Shown: positions 40,935-51,309 of the stretch, piece by piece
Layout: each line of letters begins with the position of its first letter
Position numbering within the stretch: position 1 is the first letter of the stretch
DNA from: Escherichia coli
Lineage (GTDB): Bacteria > Pseudomonadota > Gammaproteobacteria > Enterobacterales > Enterobacteriaceae
Direction: 5' to 3' (one strand)
Length of the DNA: 64,000 nt
Assembly: GCF_024223415.1 (NCBI RefSeq)
Contig: NZ_CP100501.1
Notes under the pieces: generated by a model
What the model was told of the DNA's origin: nothing
The model's database searches: none
What the model saw: only the letters and a program-made list of their open reading frames with translations
Translations under genes and position numbers: made by a program

Positions 40935-42142
40935 CGGGGGAACTCTCCGGCCGGGATGAAGAGCGCTGCTTCTGATTTCTCAATGCGGTCGTTCTGATAC
41001 ATGGTCAGAACCTGATCCCTTATCCGCCGTTTTTCCTGACGAATGATTTCGTCAATGTAATGTCCCCATGTTGCATGGGATTGTCCGGAGAGCGTATTGC
41101 GCAGTTCGTCAGTCATGACGATGTATTCCCGGACAGCCTGCCTGCCGCCGTCATTTGTTCTGACCAGTACCTGCACCAGAATGAACTGTACGAGGGAAAG
41201 CGTGGCTGCAGCCATCGAATCCCTGATTTCAGGAGGAAACAATCCCAGCAGGCGGGCAAAGGTTTCTCCGGGTGATTTTGTGTGCATGGTGCCGATACAA
41301 AAGTGTCCGGTATTACCCGCCTGGACTGCGGCATCTGCTGTTTCATAATCCCTGATTTCACCGATACCAATGATGTCCGGATTACGGCGAACGGCAGAGC
41401 GAAGTCCTGCAGCAAAACTTTCCACATCGCGCCCGATTTCGGCCTGATGGGGAGGCAGAAGGTCATTCTCTCCGCCCAGAATGTATTCCACCGGATCTTC
41501 ATAGGTCACTATTTTGCGATCGGGGAAATTTTTCAGAATGTGGCGATACAGTGCCGCCGCCAGTGTGGATTTCCCGGAGCCGGTTTCTCCGCAGATGAAG
41601 CCCAGGCCGGTTTTTCTGAGCATGGCATCCAGCAGATCCGGTTCAATATTCATAGTGAGGATGTCCGGAATATCTGACGGGATCACCCGCATGGTGACGG
41701 AAATGGCTTTTTCTTCTGTTGCCGATGTTCCCTGTATCAGGTGGCAGCGCAGGCGAACACGCTGACCTCGTTGCAGGCCATAGCGACCGGAGGCATCTCC
41801 GCTGACCTGAATGGTACGATCCACGGGATGACCTGACAGAACCCGGGGAAGAACCTCCCGCCCAAACAGCTCATCACTCAGTGCCATCATGATGGAGGAC
41901 GGAAGGGGATTTACGGATGAGCGAACCCGCCGTCCAAAGCGACTGACGGATACCGGTGAACCGCCGGTCAGATCAATATCACTGACGCGGTGGCGGGCAC
42001 ACCAGGCAAAAAAATGGCGAAACTCTTCTGCCGTAAAACGGGAGAAGGGGAAGGTACCGAAGTCATCTGGTGATATCATTTTTCTCTCCTTCGGTGCTGA
42101 CAAGAGGGCGCCAGCGCGATTTCTGCAGCGTAAATTCAGCAT
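40931..42142 (-). CDS. traJ: TraJ, DotB/PilT-like secretion ATPase (start probably internal at MISPDDFG...)
   Basis: Walker A GETGSGKST and PilT/VirB11-type motifs. Confidence 0.75.
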   Translation of the reverse strand: MLNLRCRNRAGALLSAPKERKMISPDDFGTFPFSRFTAEEFRHFFAWCARHRVSDIDLTGGSPVSVSRFGRRVRSSVNPLPSSIMMALSDELFGREVLPRVLSGHPVDRTIQVSGDASGRYGLQRGQRVRLRCHLIQGTSATEEKAISVTMRVIPSDIPDILTMNIEPDLLDAMLRKTGLGFICGETGSGKSTLAAALYRHILKNFPDRKIVTYEDPVEYILGGENDLLPPHQAEIGRDVESFAAGLRSAVRRNPDIIGIGEIRDYETADAAVQAGNTGHFCIGTMHTKSPGETFARLLGLFPPEIRDSMAAATLSLVQFILVQVLVRTNDGGRQAVREYIVMTDELRNTLSGQSHATWGHYIDEIIRQEKRRIRDQVLTMYQNDRIEKSEAALFIPAGEFPR

Positions 42143-42899
42143 GTGTTTTCAGGCGGCGGACGCGATCGCCAGTGATGAGTTTTTGCCCGTTGCCGGTAAC
42201 CGTCTGCATCTGCTCTGTGACATCTGGACGTGTGATCATGCCCTGACGCCACAGAAGGGCGTAAAGCATCATGCCCCGGTAATCACGGGTCAGGCGCTTC
42301 TGATTAGCTTCCAGTGTGAGATCTGCGTTGAGGCGCCCTTCCTGCCATCCCTGACGTAAGGCGTTTTCCCATAGTCTGCGTTGTGCCCGGTCTTCCGGCA
42401 CAACCCGGCCTTCAGTGCCTGGTGTGGCGGTGGTTGAGAGTCCTTTCAGCAGCCAGTCACGCCATCCAGGAGGATTACTGACAAAGCGTTCCGGGCGGAG
42501 GATAGTCCAGACACGGGAGGCTGTTCTTATCTGGTCCGGTCTGATGTGTGCAACATCCTGCGCTTCATCGATAACAGGAGGCAGCCAGCCTTCCTTGCTG
42601 ATGAGAGGCCGGAAATCATACAGGGCATTCAGGGTACTTTCCCGGGCATTCAGTGCCTGAATCAGTTCCCATGAGCGCTGTGCTTTTCCACCACGGAATC
42701 CCAGCGTTCTGCCGGCATCCGTGAGCATCTGACGACGGGTATCTGAAATACCATCATCCTGGTTGCCGGAGGGCGTCAGCCATGCACGGATATCCGGGGG
42801 CGGTGCGTTTTCTGTCATGACGGCAGAAGAACGGTGATGCTGTCCGGCACAGCCTGTAAGCAGGAGAGCAGACAGCAGGAGACACAGGTGTGTTTTCAT
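42063..42899 (-). CDS. traI: TraI-like lipoprotein (DotC-like)
   Basis: Lipobox LLTGC at the N-terminus; 278 aa; synteny. Confidence 0.65.
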   Translation of the reverse strand: MKTHLCLLLSALLLTGCAGQHHRSSAVMTENAPPPDIRAWLTPSGNQDDGISDTRRQMLTDAGRTLGFRGGKAQRSWELIQALNARESTLNALYDFRPLISKEGWLPPVIDEAQDVAHIRPDQIRTASRVWTILRPERFVSNPPGWRDWLLKGLSTTATPGTEGRVVPEDRAQRRLWENALRQGWQEGRLNADLTLEANQKRLTRDYRGMMLYALLWRQGMITRPDVTEQMQTVTGNGQKLITGDRVRRLKTHAEFTLQKSRWRPLVSTEGEKNDITR

Positions 42900-43348
42900 T
42901 TTTTCTCCGGCGTCATAAAAGACAGATGTAAACGCCCGGCTGACTGCGAGAGTGTTGCCCGCCAGGCAGTCTGGGCTTCAGTGAGACGAAGGACATCAGC
43001 AAAGGTCATGTCGCGGACGTGCAGTGAGACGGGTAAGGGGAGACGGACGCCGCTGTAGCTGAACTGCTGGCCGCGCAGACGGGCCAGTTCGTTGAGCAAT
43101 TCCAGGGCATCGCCTTCCCAGTCAAAGGAAACACGGTCGCTGTGAGCCTTCAGACTGCCGCCGGACTGACGCTCCGGAAGGGCTGCAGAGTAAATTCCCT
43201 GCCCCCATAGCTGATACTGCGCATGCCGGGCGACGGCGACATCAGAGGCAGCACCATACTTTCTGGTCGGAGCTGTATTATCCGGGGGGAGATGGCAGCC
43301 GTTCAGGCAGAGTACGGCGAGACATCCCGCAGGTATCATACGGTTCAT
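42896..43348 (-). CDS. traH: TraH-like lipoprotein (DotD-like)
   Basis: Lipobox CLNGC; 150 aa; synteny. Confidence 0.65.
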   Translation of the reverse strand: MNRMIPAGCLAVLCLNGCHLPPDNTAPTRKYGAASDVAVARHAQYQLWGQGIYSAALPERQSGGSLKAHSDRVSFDWEGDALELLNELARLRGQQFSYSGVRLPLPVSLHVRDMTFADVLRLTEAQTAWRATLSQSAGRLHLSFMTPEKK

Positions 43349-43706
43349 GGTGTATTTTTCCTGAGCAGTGAAAGAAGAAAGCGTTGTGGGGAGGATTTAC
43401 TGGTTCGTGTTTTTGCTGAATGGCTGGAACACCTCAGAGGGTGACAGTGCTACCCGGATACAAATATCGTTTGCTATCACGATATTACATTCGTTAGCTG
43501 TCGGATCCCGGAACGGTTCCACCATAAAGGCTTTGTTTTCGATATGCGTTTTATTTTTGTTAAACATGCATTTCCTCATGCGAAAATGATATGTCAGATA
43601 ACAGCCAGATCAGAGGCAGCACTACAGGTCTGGCTGTGTCGTTTGATGGTCGGAAAACGCGAGGATGCAGGTCTGGATACCCCGGTCAGTACCGGGGCAG
43701 AGATGA

Positions 43707-44957
43707 TCAGAATGTGAACTGCAGTTGTGCAACGGCACCGTAGTTGTTGTCTGTGCCTGCTATACCCGCCACATCAATATGGACGACATCAAATGGTGAG
43801 ATACCCAGCCCGGCGGTGAACGCACTGCCATCATTGCTGGCCAGATTCTGGCGGTAGCCTGCACGTAACTGTGCCCATTTCCAGGCATTAAATTCAGCAC
43901 CAATGGCAGCAAACTGACGTTTACTGTCTGATGTGAAGCCACTGGCCGGGGTCAGGTCAACATCCAGTGCTGTAGTGAACATGTCGTTGTGCCAGGAGAC
44001 ACCGGCAGTCACCTGCGGGCGGATCCTGAAAGTTTCAGTGACACCGTTCACTTCTTTTGTCTCAATACTGCGGGGGAGCAGGTTCTGTGCGACCAGACCC
44101 AGTGTCCAGTTGTCATCCAGGTCCATGCTGGCCCCGATATCAGCGTTAATGCCGTTTCTGGTGTTGTGGTAACGGTCGCCTTTGAAAGCGCTGCTGTCGT
44201 AATTTTTAACCAGCACGTTGTAGCTAAACAGGTCAACACGCTGGAATTTTGGTGTGAAGCCCAGAGACCACTTTTGTCCGGCCGTTTCCAGTTCAGTAGC
44301 CAGAGCAATACCCACATCGGTGACCAGTGCGGCACGGGCAAAAGCCTGAGAGGTCAGTCTGTCTTTATCCACATCCTGACCGTTACTGTTTGCAATGCTT
44401 TCCAGATAGTTCAGGTCGGCATCACTGACTTTACCGTCGACACTGACCGTACCGTAGCTTTTCAGCATCAGAGCGGCAGCGAGGGTGTCACCGGGAAGAG
44501 TCGCCACAGCAGATGTTCCCACCTGTGCGTCAGCATGCGTGTGACGGAAGTCCTGAAGTCGCGTCTTCAGACGTGCAGCAGTCTGCGACACGTTGCTCTG
44601 ACTGTCGATGGCACGATCAAAGGCTTTCCAGTCATCACTGATTTTGTCTGCGTTGTCACTGATATTACCCGGATCGGACAATTGCCCACCAACGGACGGA
44701 ATCAGAAGACTGAAGTCATCTTCCGGACCGGCTTTTGTCAGCAGGGCCGGGTTTGCCAGAGGTGCCACACCGTAGTGAGAGGAGGCTACCCCGGTTCCCC
44801 CCATTGCATCATTGCGGGCTTCAAAATATGAAGTTGCGGCTGTTGAATTAAAGGAAAATAAAACAGCAGATGCGATGAGAGTTCGGGTAATGTGCATATT
44901 CATCATCATTTCAGTTTCCTGGTTTGAGGTGTTTTGGGTACAGCAACGGTATGACAC
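43707..44957 (-). CDS. outer-membrane beta-barrel-like transfer protein (traF/traG region); start probably at the internal Met cluster preceding the signal peptide
   Basis: Signal peptide MHITRTLIASAVLFSFNSTAA; C-terminal ...AVAQLQFTF with terminal Phe typical of beta-barrel proteins; letter assignment uncertain. Confidence 0.5.
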   Translation of the reverse strand: MSYRCCTQNTSNQETEMMMNMHITRTLIASAVLFSFNSTAATSYFEARNDAMGGTGVASSHYGVAPLANPALLTKAGPEDDFSLLIPSVGGQLSDPGNISDNADKISDDWKAFDRAIDSQSNVSQTAARLKTRLQDFRHTHADAQVGTSAVATLPGDTLAAALMLKSYGTVSVDGKVSDADLNYLESIANSNGQDVDKDRLTSQAFARAALVTDVGIALATELETAGQKWSLGFTPKFQRVDLFSYNVLVKNYDSSAFKGDRYHNTRNGINADIGASMDLDDNWTLGLVAQNLLPRSIETKEVNGVTETFRIRPQVTAGVSWHNDMFTTALDVDLTPASGFTSDSKRQFAAIGAEFNAWKWAQLRAGYRQNLASNDGSAFTAGLGISPFDVVHIDVAGIAGTDNNYGAVAQLQFTF

Positions 44958-44998
44958 GACTGTGCCATTAAAAATTTACTGGTTTTTTCTCTGCGTTA

Positions 44999-45820
44999 TT
45001 ACCAGGGTAATAACGGTATACTGAATAACTCAGCAGGTAATATTTTTCCTGTCATCAGATATTCTGCCTGTGCCGGACGAAGCGTTACGGTCCGGACGGA
45101 TGTCTTTGCATATAAATTGCGGGCAGTGTGAAACCAGTTTTCTTTTTCCTTATTCATTCTTACAGGTGATAAAGAAAGTACAGGATAAATGATGGCTTTA
45201 TTAATTTCTTTTTTCTTGCGGAACAGTACACCGCAATATTCCTGTGAATGAACACCGGCAAAAGGAAAACTGTGCCAGATAATAATATCCACATTATCGC
45301 TGGCTGAAATAAGCTGGCAGAACGCATCCTGTGTTGCTGGCCACTCACCGGCACGGCTTAAAGGATAACGTACCCTGCCGTTCAGCCATTCCGGGTTGAG
45401 ATAAAACCAGTCAGCCAGAGCAGTCAGAATCTCTCCTGTCAGATAATCTGCGAGTTTGTCCGGGTCACGGAAAACGGCAGGACGGATATTCCAGGGAGCC
45501 AGTAACGTTGTCATCGTTGTTACGCAGACATCATGTGCCTGCATGATGTGTTCTGTCCGGCAGATAAGACGGTGAACGATGTTTTCAGCCGGGAGAAACA
45601 TTTCAGTTAATGCATCTTCGACCAGGATACGCGTCAGGTCGGATACAGAAAGGGAGAGTTGCTCGCTCATTATTCCGAGTGCTTCTCTGACGCCCTGCGG
45701 ATAACGGATCTGCAGGGGAGTGGACTGCAACTGGCGGTTATTGAGCAGAGCTTCACTAATCCGGGCCCTGTCAATGGAGAGCATCATGCGGGCAGCAATG
45801 CCTGTGCTGTTGGGTTTCAT
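44999..45820 (-). CDS. hypothetical transfer-region protein (traE-like position)
   Basis: 273-aa ORF, first gene of the tra block downstream of rci; no motif recognised. Confidence 0.45.
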   Translation of the reverse strand: MKPNSTGIAARMMLSIDRARISEALLNNRQLQSTPLQIRYPQGVREALGIMSEQLSLSVSDLTRILVEDALTEMFLPAENIVHRLICRTEHIMQAHDVCVTTMTTLLAPWNIRPAVFRDPDKLADYLTGEILTALADWFYLNPEWLNGRVRYPLSRAGEWPATQDAFCQLISASDNVDIIIWHSFPFAGVHSQEYCGVLFRKKKEINKAIIYPVLSLSPVRMNKEKENWFHTARNLYAKTSVRTVTLRPAQAEYLMTGKILPAELFSIPLLPW

Positions 45821-46079
45821 TTCACCTCCGTGCGGTTCATATGTTAAGTCTAAAGAGCGTGTTTACTGAACGGAAACGAGTTATTTCGATCGTTATGATC
45901 GAGTGTGTTTCAAGAGTGCTTTTAACTCTGTTTTAAGCGTGAATGAAAAGGATTCGGACAGGACGTGATTTAGTATGCCGCTGGTCTGGCATTATGCTGC
46001 AGAGCAGACGGAGTCAGGAGATTGAAAGTATTTCGTTATATAATCTTTTCCTTTTCGGGATGAAATCAACGAGGTTCGT

Positions 46080-46400
46080 ATGAAAATTAAACAGCATAAA
46101 GAAAAACTGGAGATTATAAGGGATATTATTCGAGAGACGCTGTTGGGTAATGCTGCTCTTATTGTTCTGGCAGCCATGGTTCCGGTTGTACTGGTGAAAC
46201 CATGGGATTCGATGACATTTATTTTTATGGGGGCCGTGTGTGTTTCTTTTGCAGTCATTCTGTTTTGGCTGGTTTATATAGTTTGTTTGTATATAGGAAC
46301 GCTTGTAAAGAATATTTTTATAAGGATTTTTGCTTTTTCTATTTGGGCCCTTTCTGCTGAGGGGGCAATTATTTATAACATGATAAAGATATTATCATAG
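46080..46400 (+). CDS. hypothetical small membrane protein (AT-rich)
   Basis: 106-aa ORF with three hydrophobic segments; opposite strand to the surrounding operons. Confidence 0.35.
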   Translation: MKIKQHKEKLEIIRDIIRETLLGNAALIVLAAMVPVVLVKPWDSMTFIFMGAVCVSFAVILFWLVYIVCLYIGTLVKNIFIRIFAFSIWALSAEGAIIYNMIKILS

Positions 46401-46491
46401 AAAAGTTGTTTATATATTGGCTCTATGTAAAAAGAATGGTACCTCTGCCAGAGTTCCCGGCGTTATTTTTATGTGTTGGGGCCATGAATGT

Positions 46492-46812
46492 TTATTTGGC
46501 ATCCCTTATCTCGCCCATTAGCAGGCGGATACGCAGCCAGGTGTCATGATCCAGAACAGGTGATGGTGTTACCATGCAAGCACAGTGCCCGATGGCGAGC
46601 GTATCAAGGAAGCGTTTTGCATCGCTGGCACTTTCATATTCACCAGTATGGATCAACATCCACCTTTGCCCCAACGCTGATTCGGTGTGAATTGGTTGCG
46701 AGAATGCGATTGTGTAAACGTCTTCAATTGTAACGATACGATTATTATCCGCAGTGGCTGCACGGGAGGATAAGTGTTTCATAAAGGGTCTCATAGCGTT
46801 AATTTTGAACAA
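46492..46812 (-). CDS. hypothetical protein immediately downstream of rci
   Basis: 106-aa ORF; start close to the rci stop. Confidence 0.35.
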   Translation of the reverse strand: MFKINAMRPFMKHLSSRAATADNNRIVTIEDVYTIAFSQPIHTESALGQRWMLIHTGEYESASDAKRFLDTLAIGHCACMVTPSPVLDHDTWLRIRLLMGEIRDAK

Positions 46813-46823
46813 AAATTATTTGT

Positions 46824-47993
46824 TCAGGAGGAGGATATGAAAATACTGTTCGCTTTTGTCATGAACTGGCTGTTTGTTAACGGACAAATCATGACCCGTT
46901 CATCAATGTTTGCGGGTAGCTCGCCTGGTGTGGGGACGCGTTCACCCCGCTGAGCAGCCTGGGCCAGTGCGCGCAGCAACAATACGCTGGCGTGAGATAT
47001 TGCCAGTTCCCGGGTTTCAGCACGGCTTTCAAGGTCGAAATCGTGCAGTGTCACAATGAACACTCCGTTTCTGTTTCTGACAGTTGCAGGGTAGGGAACA
47101 AAATAAGGGGAAATTTTGCTGGTCTGTTTACGCCTTGCATCGAGTTTACTGACCAGGTGATATGCCCGGAGATGTGTGTACCGTTTCAACATGTTCAGGG
47201 AGCGGTGACCGGAAATGGCTGCAATCTCCATAACGTTCAGTGTGCCGAGCTCGAACAGACGGCTGATGGCCTCATGGCGGAGATCGTGAAAATGCAGATT
47301 TTCTATTTTCAGATCCAGAAGAGCGGTACGCCAGGCGCTTTTGAAACCGGACGAGGTGTAATTGAACACATTGCCGTTTATCTGTTGTGGCAGAATTTGC
47401 AGGTAGTTACGTGCTTTCCGGGAGAGTGGTACGTCGCGTGGTGAGCCATTTTTCGTTTCAGGAAGATGCGCCACGCCGTGCTGCAAATCGAGGTGTTCCC
47501 AGCGTAATGAGAGAATTTCTCCCTGGCGCATTGCTGTTTCCAGAGCCAGATGGAAGATAACGTAGAGCTGCGGATTTTTGTCCCTGAAATAGCGGGAAAG
47601 GCGGCGTTCTTCACCAGAAGTCAGTCGGCGGTCGCGGCCATTACTGATTTTCGGTTTTCGGACCAGTTCAACAGGATTCATACGGCATGTTCCCCATTCC
47701 ACACGGGCGATATTGAATAATGATGATAAAAGGGCAAGTTCAAGACGGACGGTATTTCCGGTGATTTGACGCCCTGTTCGTGGGTTAATTTGAGCTAAAC
47801 GCTGATCCCGGTAACCGGCGATATCAATGGTAGTGATTTCATCCATATAGCGCTCGGCCATAGGGTGACGTTTAATCACATTGACGCGATAAAACTCCTG
47901 CAGATGACCTTTTTTATGGACGGAAACGGTTTTCAGGTATTTGTCCAGCGCCCGGTTGAGAGTCATTTTGCGAATTTTGATTTTTCGAAACAT
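46824..47993 (-). CDS. rci: shufflon-specific tyrosine recombinase Rci
   Basis: Start taken at [30 protein letters not shown]...; C-terminal catalytic region with HxxRH and Tyr ([10 protein letters not shown]...LKRYTHL); adjacent to 19-bp sfx repeats. Confidence 0.85.
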   Translation of the reverse strand: MFRKIKIRKMTLNRALDKYLKTVSVHKKGHLQEFYRVNVIKRHPMAERYMDEITTIDIAGYRDQRLAQINPRTGRQITGNTVRLELALLSSLFNIARVEWGTCRMNPVELVRKPKISNGRDRRLTSGEERRLSRYFRDKNPQLYVIFHLALETAMRQGEILSLRWEHLDLQHGVAHLPETKNGSPRDVPLSRKARNYLQILPQQINGNVFNYTSSGFKSAWRTALLDLKIENLHFHDLRHEAISRLFELGTLNVMEIAAISGHRSLNMLKRYTHLRAYHLVSKLDARRKQTSKISPYFVPYPATVRNRNGVFIVTLHDFDLESRAETRELAISHASVLLLRALAQAAQRGERVPTPGELPANIDERVMICPLTNSQFMTKANSIFISSS

Positions 47994-48055
47994 ATCTGCC
48001 TTCCACGATAAAAACGGGGAAGGTAGGAATAGTGAAACGGAAATGCAATATCGCC

Positions 48056-48074
48056 GTGCCAATCCGGTTTGTGG
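48056..48074 (+). repeat. shufflon sfx 19-bp repeat (GTGCCAATCCGGTTTGTGG)
   Basis: Matches the recalled sfx pattern GTGCCAATCCGG followed by a variable arm. Confidence 0.8.
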
Positions 48075-48281
48075 CTTGGAGGCAATAAAGTGAACTATTC
48101 TGCCTGTAAATGGTATGAAGCGACCTCCGCACATTTTATCGGTGGCAGAAGTGGAGGTTCTATTTATTACAAGCCGATTCAGTGCCCTGCCGGGTACGTC
48201 ATGACAGGTACAAGAATGTACGGCATCGGAGATGGTGTTGATGAAGAGCACGTCGATGCTTACTGTTGCCCTTTTGGTTAG
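48069..48281 (+). other. alternative PilV C-terminal coding segment carried on the invertible shufflon segment (silent in this orientation)
   Basis: Cys-rich ORF on the opposite strand inside the sfx-bounded segment. Confidence 0.6.
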
Positions 48282-49525
48282 ATTCCGGCACCAGGAAGGT
48301 TGAGGCATGTGACTGATATGGTCCCACCAGACTCATAATTTCCCCAAGCATAATTACTCACATACCAAACGTTGTTTTGGTCGGAATATACCTGTTGAAA
48401 ACCACCAAAGGGTGAGCCATTCAGGTAAGTCCATGAGCAATATGCATGGACCCCGAGCCTTAAATTACGAGTGTTTTTAGCTATGTTGTAGGTCTGCGTT
48501 GTGAATTGAATTTTAGGAGCGCCCCAGGTACCGGATTGGCACGAAAGTATTGCCCCTTTACTGTCGCGGCCTACAAGTCCGTCCGGTGAGCAGGAAGTAC
48601 CTGCGGTGGCTGTTTTTTCCAGCTGTAAATACTCACCTGTGGAAAGACGACCGTCAGACCGGATCGTTCCACCGCTGACTTTGCCCCCTTTGATTTCACC
48701 ACCGGTGGTGATCCCTTTGTTATTGACGGCGCGTATCCACTGGCTGTCCGTCATGGTGAAACCGCCTCCGTGCGTCGTGTTCATCCACCCCTTGTTGTTT
48801 CTGGTGATAAGCCAGCCGTCTTCGCTGGTTATATAGCCTTTCACCGTGGCTTTCTGACCATTGAGGTTACCGGCGTTATTGATGTCATTTCCGCCCATGT
48901 TGATAGCTGTGTGCATCTGGTTCAGCTCTGATCTCCCCGGGACCTGGAAACGATACAACCTGTCGCTTTCCTGCAGATCATCACCCGTCATGACGACGGC
49001 AATGTGACCTGCCGAACAGGTGAGTCCGTAATCCCCCGGTTTGTCTGTCCAGGCGCCGAATGCGCCGGTTGCTGTTCCGTTTTTACCAATATAACCACCC
49101 AGCCCGGGAAGCAGTCCTGCCACACTGCGCAGACCATCTTCTTTGATATTCTGCCCCCCTGTTGAGCAGGTCAGGGCTTCAAGACGTCCTGTAGTCTGGT
49201 TACGGCGGATACCCGTGATATAACTCTGCCCAAACGGAGAATGATTAAATCCCTGTTTCAGGTATCCCTTGCGAATCAAATCATCGGCTGTAAAGTTTGC
49301 CGGAAGGCTGCCGTTGTGCAGAGTGGCATTGTTATCGGCAATGTAATTTCTGGCTGCGGTATTGTAGGCATCTGCATGAGAAGCAGCACTCTGGTAAAGC
49401 TGTTCATTCAGCCAGTTTTCTATTTCGGAATAAATCAGCGGCGTGGCGATACCAATCACTATCAGTCCCGCCAGTATTTCAAGCAGAATAAAACCTTTGT
49501 CGTCATCGTGTCTGAACTTTTTCAC
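48278..49525 (-). CDS. pilV: PilV thin-pilus adhesin/minor pilin with shufflon-encoded C-terminus
   Basis: Prepilin-like N-terminus ([17 protein letters not shown]); Gly-rich body; 3-prime 80 codons lie inside the invertible segment. Confidence 0.8.
   Translation of the reverse strand: MKKFRHDDDKGFILLEILAGLIVIGIATPLIYSEIENWLNEQLYQSAASHADAYNTAARNYIADNNATLHNGSLPANFTADDLIRKGYLKQGFNHSPFGQSYITGIRRNQTTGRLEALTCSTGGQNIKEDGLRSVAGLLPGLGGYIGKNGTATGAFGAWTDKPGDYGLTCSAGHIAVVMTGDDLQESDRLYRFQVPGRSELNQMHTAINMGGNDINNAGNLNGQKATVKGYITSEDGWLITRNNKGWMNTTHGGGFTMTDSQWIRAVNNKGITTGGEIKGGKVSGGTIRSDGRLSTGEYLQLEKTATAGTSCSPDGLVGRDSKGAILSCQSGTWGAPKIQFTTQTYNIAKNTRNLRLGVHAYCSWTYLNGSPFGGFQQVYSDQNNVWYVSNYAWGNYESGGTISVTCLNLPGAGI
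48524..48542 (-). repeat. shufflon sfx 19-bp repeat in inverted orientation (reverse complement GTGCCAATCCGGTACCTGG)
   Basis: Read directly; lies at the constant/variable junction of pilV. Confidence 0.8.
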
Positions 49526-50229
49526 GTGAATATCTCCGAAGTGCGGAAAACGGAATCAGGGAGGAGGGTTAGTGCATACAGTGATGCGCAGAGAAACGGG
49601 GCGAACGGCAGTGCCTGCTGATGTCTGTGACGGCAGAAGAGGAGGATAAACAGAAATGCCCCGGAAGCTGCGGCGGTGATTAGCAGCGGCGTGTGTTGTG
49701 GCTGTGTCCACATTGCAATTCCTGCTATCAGGAATACATCACCAAGGCCGAGTGCTTCTGTTCCTTTTGCCGTTATGAAAAACTGCCGTAGCAGGTATGT
49801 CATGCCGAACCAGAGTGATGCGTTGAGGAGGCTGTATGTGAGCTCCTCCAGGCTGTACCTGAACGCTGCCCCCAGAACAATCAGTGAAAGCGTGAATATC
49901 CGGGGAAGCCGACAGACGGCGATGTCCGTCAGCGTCATTACAGTTAATAATCCCGTCAGAATGGAAAGGAATAACAGCCCCGTGGCTTCAACACCATATG
50001 CGCCGTTGAGGCTGACACTCACTATGGCCAGAAGGCAACACACGTACACCACCGGCCTGGGCGGCCGGGTGTCGTGTACTGCTGACAGGTAGAGAGCGGC
50101 GGTGATGTATGCAAGATAAAGAATAACCGCCAGGATGATGATTATTATTGTCATGCTCAGTAATGCGCTCACCGTCACCTCGTATTTATTAATATTGTCT
50201 GAAATACCGGTTGTGGATTTTTCGGGCAT
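49522..50229 (-). CDS. pilU: PilU prepilin peptidase
   Basis: Polytopic membrane protein in the expected position between pilT and pilV; start may be internal. Confidence 0.65.
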   Translation of the reverse strand: MPEKSTTGISDNINKYEVTVSALLSMTIIIIILAVILYLAYITAALYLSAVHDTRPPRPVVYVCCLLAIVSVSLNGAYGVEATGLLFLSILTGLLTVMTLTDIAVCRLPRIFTLSLIVLGAAFRYSLEELTYSLLNASLWFGMTYLLRQFFITAKGTEALGLGDVFLIAGIAMWTQPQHTPLLITAAASGAFLFILLFCRHRHQQALPFAPFLCASLYALTLLPDSVFRTSEIFT

Positions 50230-50665
50230 ATATCATGCGCCGGGCTGTGTTATTTTTGCTGAATCCTGCGTTGTAACTGCCAAGGCATTCCCAGTTAACG
50301 CCGCAGCGTTGAAAATGGCGGGCCAGTATCCAGGCACCGGTATGAATATTCAGGCAGGGCTTTTTAAGCAGTTCATCCTTGTTTTTAATGACGCCCAGTT
50401 TTTTCAGTTCAGGAATATGCACTGAATTAATCTGCATTATTCCGTAATCCGTACTGATGATTTTTCCGGATTTGTTTTTATTGTGATTTATCGCAGTGGC
50501 GACCAGGCCGCTTTCCTGCTGTGCAATGGTTTTCAGAAGCTCAGGGGCAATCAGGTAACGTTTTCCGGCCTGAATAAAACAGGAATCGAGATGATTATTA
50601 TTCATCACAGATGCGATTGATGTGTGACTGAATAAAAGCAGGACAGAGAGATATAACCATTTCAT
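50189..50665 (-). CDS. pilT: PilT lytic transglycosylase (SLT domain)
   Basis: Signal peptide; SLT signature IAQQESGL ... DYGIMQIN. Confidence 0.75.
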   Translation of the reverse strand: MKWLYLSVLLLFSHTSIASVMNNNHLDSCFIQAGKRYLIAPELLKTIAQQESGLVATAINHNKNKSGKIISTDYGIMQINSVHIPELKKLGVIKNKDELLKKPCLNIHTGAWILARHFQRCGVNWECLGSYNAGFSKNNTARRMIYARKIHNRYFRQY

Positions 50666-50723
50666 TATGATAATCCCGGCAGTGACAGCATCCTCTGGTA
50701 TTTAAGGATGCTGTCCGGAAACA

Positions 50724-51260
50724 TTAGCTGTTTGTTTCAAGGGTGATGTTATTTTTGTCGTTACTACATACTGTTACGGGATCCACAGTAGCCGGGGCGG
50801 TATTCATGATTTTGGTAAACATGGATGAACTGCGCAGGCTGTTAATGAGTTCCACGCAATTTTCTTTCGGTACATTATTGCTGGTAATCGTATAACCATA
50901 CTTATCTGCCGTTGCCTTAATGGTGACATCACCGCCCCAGGCATTTTTGGCCTTGTTACCACCGGCGATCATATCGGCCGGCAGGGAACCACTCTGCGTC
51001 AGCGTTTTGATATAATCACTGCTGGTATATTGTCCCTGGAACTTGTACTGCTTCATTTTGGTTGCAATGGTCTGCAGGTTTTTCAGTTCGCGCTGGTTAT
51101 CACTGGATGACATGGTACTGGACATCTGACTTATTGCGAGAGCAACCACAATACCGATAATAATCAGTGCGCTGGCAATTTCCAGTAAGGTTAAACCTTT
51201 ATCCTCCTCTTTCTCTTTTTTTAAAGCAAAATAAGAATAAAGACATGATCTGAAGTTCAT
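50724..51260 (-). CDS. pilS: PilS type IVb major prepilin
   Basis: Long leader followed by GLTLLEIASALIIIGIVVALA, typical of type IVb prepilins. Confidence 0.75.
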   Translation of the reverse strand: MNFRSCLYSYFALKKEKEEDKGLTLLEIASALIIIGIVVALAISQMSSTMSSSDNQRELKNLQTIATKMKQYKFQGQYTSSDYIKTLTQSGSLPADMIAGGNKAKNAWGGDVTIKATADKYGYTITSNNVPKENCVELINSLRSSSMFTKIMNTAPATVDPVTVCSNDKNNITLETNS

Positions 51261-51309
51261 ATATCACTCCTGGTTTATGGGATGTTTCAGAAATATTCTG
51301 TATGCGGGA

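Noticed and set aside
40931-42142. Upstream in-frame extension of traJ (MLNLRCRNRAGALLSAPKERK) beyond the internal Met
   Set aside because: The extension overlaps the traI 3-prime end by about 80 bp and is arginine-rich and atypical; the internal start MISPDDFG gives a protein of the expected DotB/PilT-like size. The feature is still reported with the track coordinates and a note.
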